A stretch of DNA of 64,000 nucleotides. It comes from Takakia lepidozioides. Lineage: Eukaryota > Plantae > Bryophyta. Positions 61,189 through 64,000 of this stretch are shown here, piece after piece (position 1 is the first letter of the stretch; each line of letters opens with the position of its first letter). The translations under genes were made by a program, and so were the position numbers. Under the pieces are notes generated by a model, which was not told the origin of the DNA, made no database searches, and was given only the letters and a program-made list of their open reading frames with translations. The stretch is taken from assembly GCA_030704615.1 (NCBI GenBank), contig CM060734.1, forward strand, positions 38,750,001 to 38,814,000, written 5' to 3'.

Positions 61189-64000
61189 CGACGCAATGGC
61201 GTGAGCGTTGCACGTGAGCGCGCGAGCGTACGCTCACGCAAGAGTGACGTGGCGTGAGCGTACGCTCACGCCAGCTGACGTGGCGTGAGCCTGCACACAC
61301 GCTGACGTGGCGTGAGCGTCATGTCAGCATGCTGATGTGGCGGTAAATGATGACGTGGCACTGTCCGTCAAACTGCCACGTCAGCATTAACATGCGCCGC
61401 CTATAACCGTGGATGGTCCTATTACCGTGGAATTAATGCAGGGAATCTTGCCTAAATAGAATCAAGACGAGCGTTGAGGCCTACAATTGCAGCATCCAAC
61501 ATTGTGCAATTACAAATGCTTGTTTCACTTTTACAATTACGAAGACGACAAAATATCCTCACAAAGTGTGCGCCATAAAGGCTGCCACGAGAAGACTTCC
61601 TCCCTCCTCAAATAACAATGAGAGTTATGATCATCTTCAAAAGATGATTGTAGTGCATAGCGACAGCAAGACATGTAGACTTCGAACGGTGCAATGACAA
61701 ATGTGCACTACCTAAAAGTTGTCACTCAGACCTCACTCCGTATAGTTGGAGGCCATATCATTGCACAGCCGACGAATTGATGTGAATTACACATTTCAAA
61801 TCATGGTCATCCACATATCACATTACATAGTTCATGCTACCCATGTGTTGTATCCCGCTGCAAAAGAGTATCGACCTCGTTGAAACTCATAGTGGCCTGG
61901 TGAATGAAGTTGTCACGTTTGGGATCGCAAACCATCCTCCTCAAAAATATGAAATACAAATGTTTGCAGGGTATGAATTTACCTCTCTTGCCCAAACTGG
62001 TTGATAGCATATTCACAAAATCAGGACATGTGCAATTGGGGAAATTGGAAACCGTGATGTCGTAGGTCCTGTCATGAACAGCAGATGTGGAAGTGATGAT
62101 TGTGAATACCCGACCATATCCTGGATCGGGTACTTCCGTGGTGCTTCCGACACGAGCTTGGAGCATTCTTGCGGACTCCACTTTGCCAAAGTGTTCAGCG
62201 GTTGGAGGGAAACGCCGAACGAGCTTTCCATCTCGTTTGGTTGGCCACAAGTCAGGATTTGCCGGGGGGACCCGGGAGGACGCAGAAGTAGTAGCACATG
62301 CATGGAGTTGGGGTTGTCTCGCAAGGGAAAAACCTGCCTCCTCCAGCATTTCAATCTCCTGAAAGCTGAGATGTGTTCCCACCTTCACGGGCCAAACGGT
62401 TGGAGGAGATGGCTTCATCACTACGGAAGGACGCACAGTTCCATGCACACATCTGGCACAATCATCTGCGCAGAACCAGAACTTGTGGTTCTTGGCTTCT
62501 GGTTGACCGTATGGACGCATCAAGCCCGTGAAAGTCGGAGCAGGAGTTCGGGCACCACCTCTGGATATAGATGAAGTGCACTTCTCGAAATTAGTTGCCC
62601 TGATCGCTGTACATTTCACACGAGACCCGACACTTGTGCGTTCTATGTGCCAAACGTGGTCGGGGCATGCGGACTCAAGCACATCAAGGGGGTTGTTTCT
62701 CTCCTGCACCATTTCAGTGGCACGGTTTGATGCTGGAGCTTGCCGTCGTGTTGGAGGTTCCTCCACAATGGAGGTTCCGGACATGGAGCTGTCATGCAGG
62801 GGAACACGAGGCTTCGAGAAGTTATCACGGTCTGCCTGTGGGAATCTGAATCCGAACCAGGTGGAGTGTTCAATTTCCTCTTACAGGAGCCGAATCTCTC
62901 CTCCCCTTCAAGATGTGGAACTCTAGAAACAAGTGGCGTTCCCTGGGCATACATGCTCACCGCCCGTGCTATCTTGATTGGATCCCCAGATCTGTTTGCA
63001 GCACGCAACATCAACTCCCATTTGTCCGGACCCTTGCCACCAACCCCACCTCGTAAGAAATCACGGTATCGGGTTTGTTGTTGCAAGGCACGTATCAAAT
63101 CATCTGTTGTTGCCACATACAAATCCCGACCTCGTTTCCCAGACTGCTGCAACCATGCATTGTGCACAGTTTCTGCCAAATTGCAAGATGGCATGTCCGC
63201 CATTTCCTCAATGGACATGTTCTGCAAAGAGGATAACCACACTTCAGAATAGTGCACAGGAAACAACATAAAGAAAGCAATGAGTCAAAAATATGGAAAG
63301 CAAATGTATGAATAAAGCATGAAATAGAAGCCTCGTACCATTGTCATGGCTGCTCCCCACTGTCTATACCGGAAGTGCCAAAACGCCAGCCAATCTTCCA
63401 ATGCTCTCATACTCTCAAGTGATGCAGCTCCAGAAGAGAACCACCAGGCACGAATTGTCTGGAACAAAGTGTCCGCCTCCTTCATTGTTCTAGCATCTTT
63501 GTACTCTTTGCACAATTTACGGTGCTGAGTCTGCATCTCTGGTTTGATGTCCGACTTTGTATGTTTTTCCAGAGATTGTGTCCAATGGAATAGACATGTA
63601 CGCTCTCTTCCTGGCATAGGCACTTTTGGGTCGCCCGATCCGAAGACAATACGAACAGCATTGAAATTTGCTTGAGCACTATCCGCCATGAAACCTGCGA
63701 AATTTGGAGATGGCAGCCCATGGCAGCCCATGACACGTATCAGGGAATTCCACATGAGCTTCTGGGATTCCGTATCCTCGGATTGCATGTCACAAACTGC
63801 AATTGTCATAACTCGTTGGTACACTGGATCGTAGACATGACAAGCCATTGTCGTCCAATCCTTCACTCGTTTTACATGATCAAACATAAGAAAACAGTTC
63901 TGCAAGTCCCCAGTCTTCTGCATCCGCTTCACGAGGCTAACCCCACTGCCCTCCCCAACAGTCGACATTTTGAAAAGAAAAACTTTGATGGCACCTTGAC
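61189..64000 (-). mobile_element. Second Mutator-like element (different family), one end only, continuing beyond the window
   Basis: Gypsy coding sequence stops abruptly at ~61188 and is replaced by repeated (TGACG)TGGCGTGAGCG motifs (61197-61385), then a transposase gene. The exact terminus is not determinable. Confidence 0.75.
61837..64000 (-). pseudogene. MULE-type DDE transposase with C-terminal SWIM finger, 5'-truncated by the window; intron 63222-63338; 1-bp frameshift at ~62835
   Basis: LMFDHVKRV (D1), FMADSAQANF (D2), CLFHW (CxxH), NLAETVHNAW (E) and SWIM CTCPDF..CKHLYF. The frame changes between ORFs 62643..63269 and 61837..62784. Confidence 0.82.

Overview
Eukaryotic nuclear DNA from a land plant, most likely non-flowering (bryophyte, lycophyte or fern; this is inferred from gene and TE content). 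Five host genes are present: a 5-exon membrane nitrilase-superfamily gene resembling apolipoprotein N-acyltransferase Lnt (4809-8283, -), a KpsF/GutQ arabinose-5-phosphate isomerase (SETH3-like, 25926-27657, +), an LRR protein (28221-32011, -), a PLS-E-DYW PPR RNA-editing factor (37186-39177, -) and a 22-exon NSF vesicle-fusing ATPase (39987-53036, +). NSF contains a U12 AT-AC intron and a tandemly duplicated exon. There are three large transposons. (1) A complete 14.9-kb Mutator-like element (9223-24077) has a perfect 9-bp TSD, long TIRs running into telomere-like TGTAACCC/GGGTTACA arrays, an apparently intact DDE-SWIM transposase and a convergent zinc-finger/Ulp1-protease gene. (2) A decayed Ty3/gypsy LTR retrotransposon (54294-~61188, -) has a polyprotein with a DNMT3-like C5 cytosine methyltransferase between protease and RT, plus a PHD finger after the integrase; this is the most striking system in the window. 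(3) A second, different MULE/SWIM element abuts and truncates the gypsy element and runs off the window end. Exon boundaries were read by eye from splice signals and frame continuity; no database searches were run.
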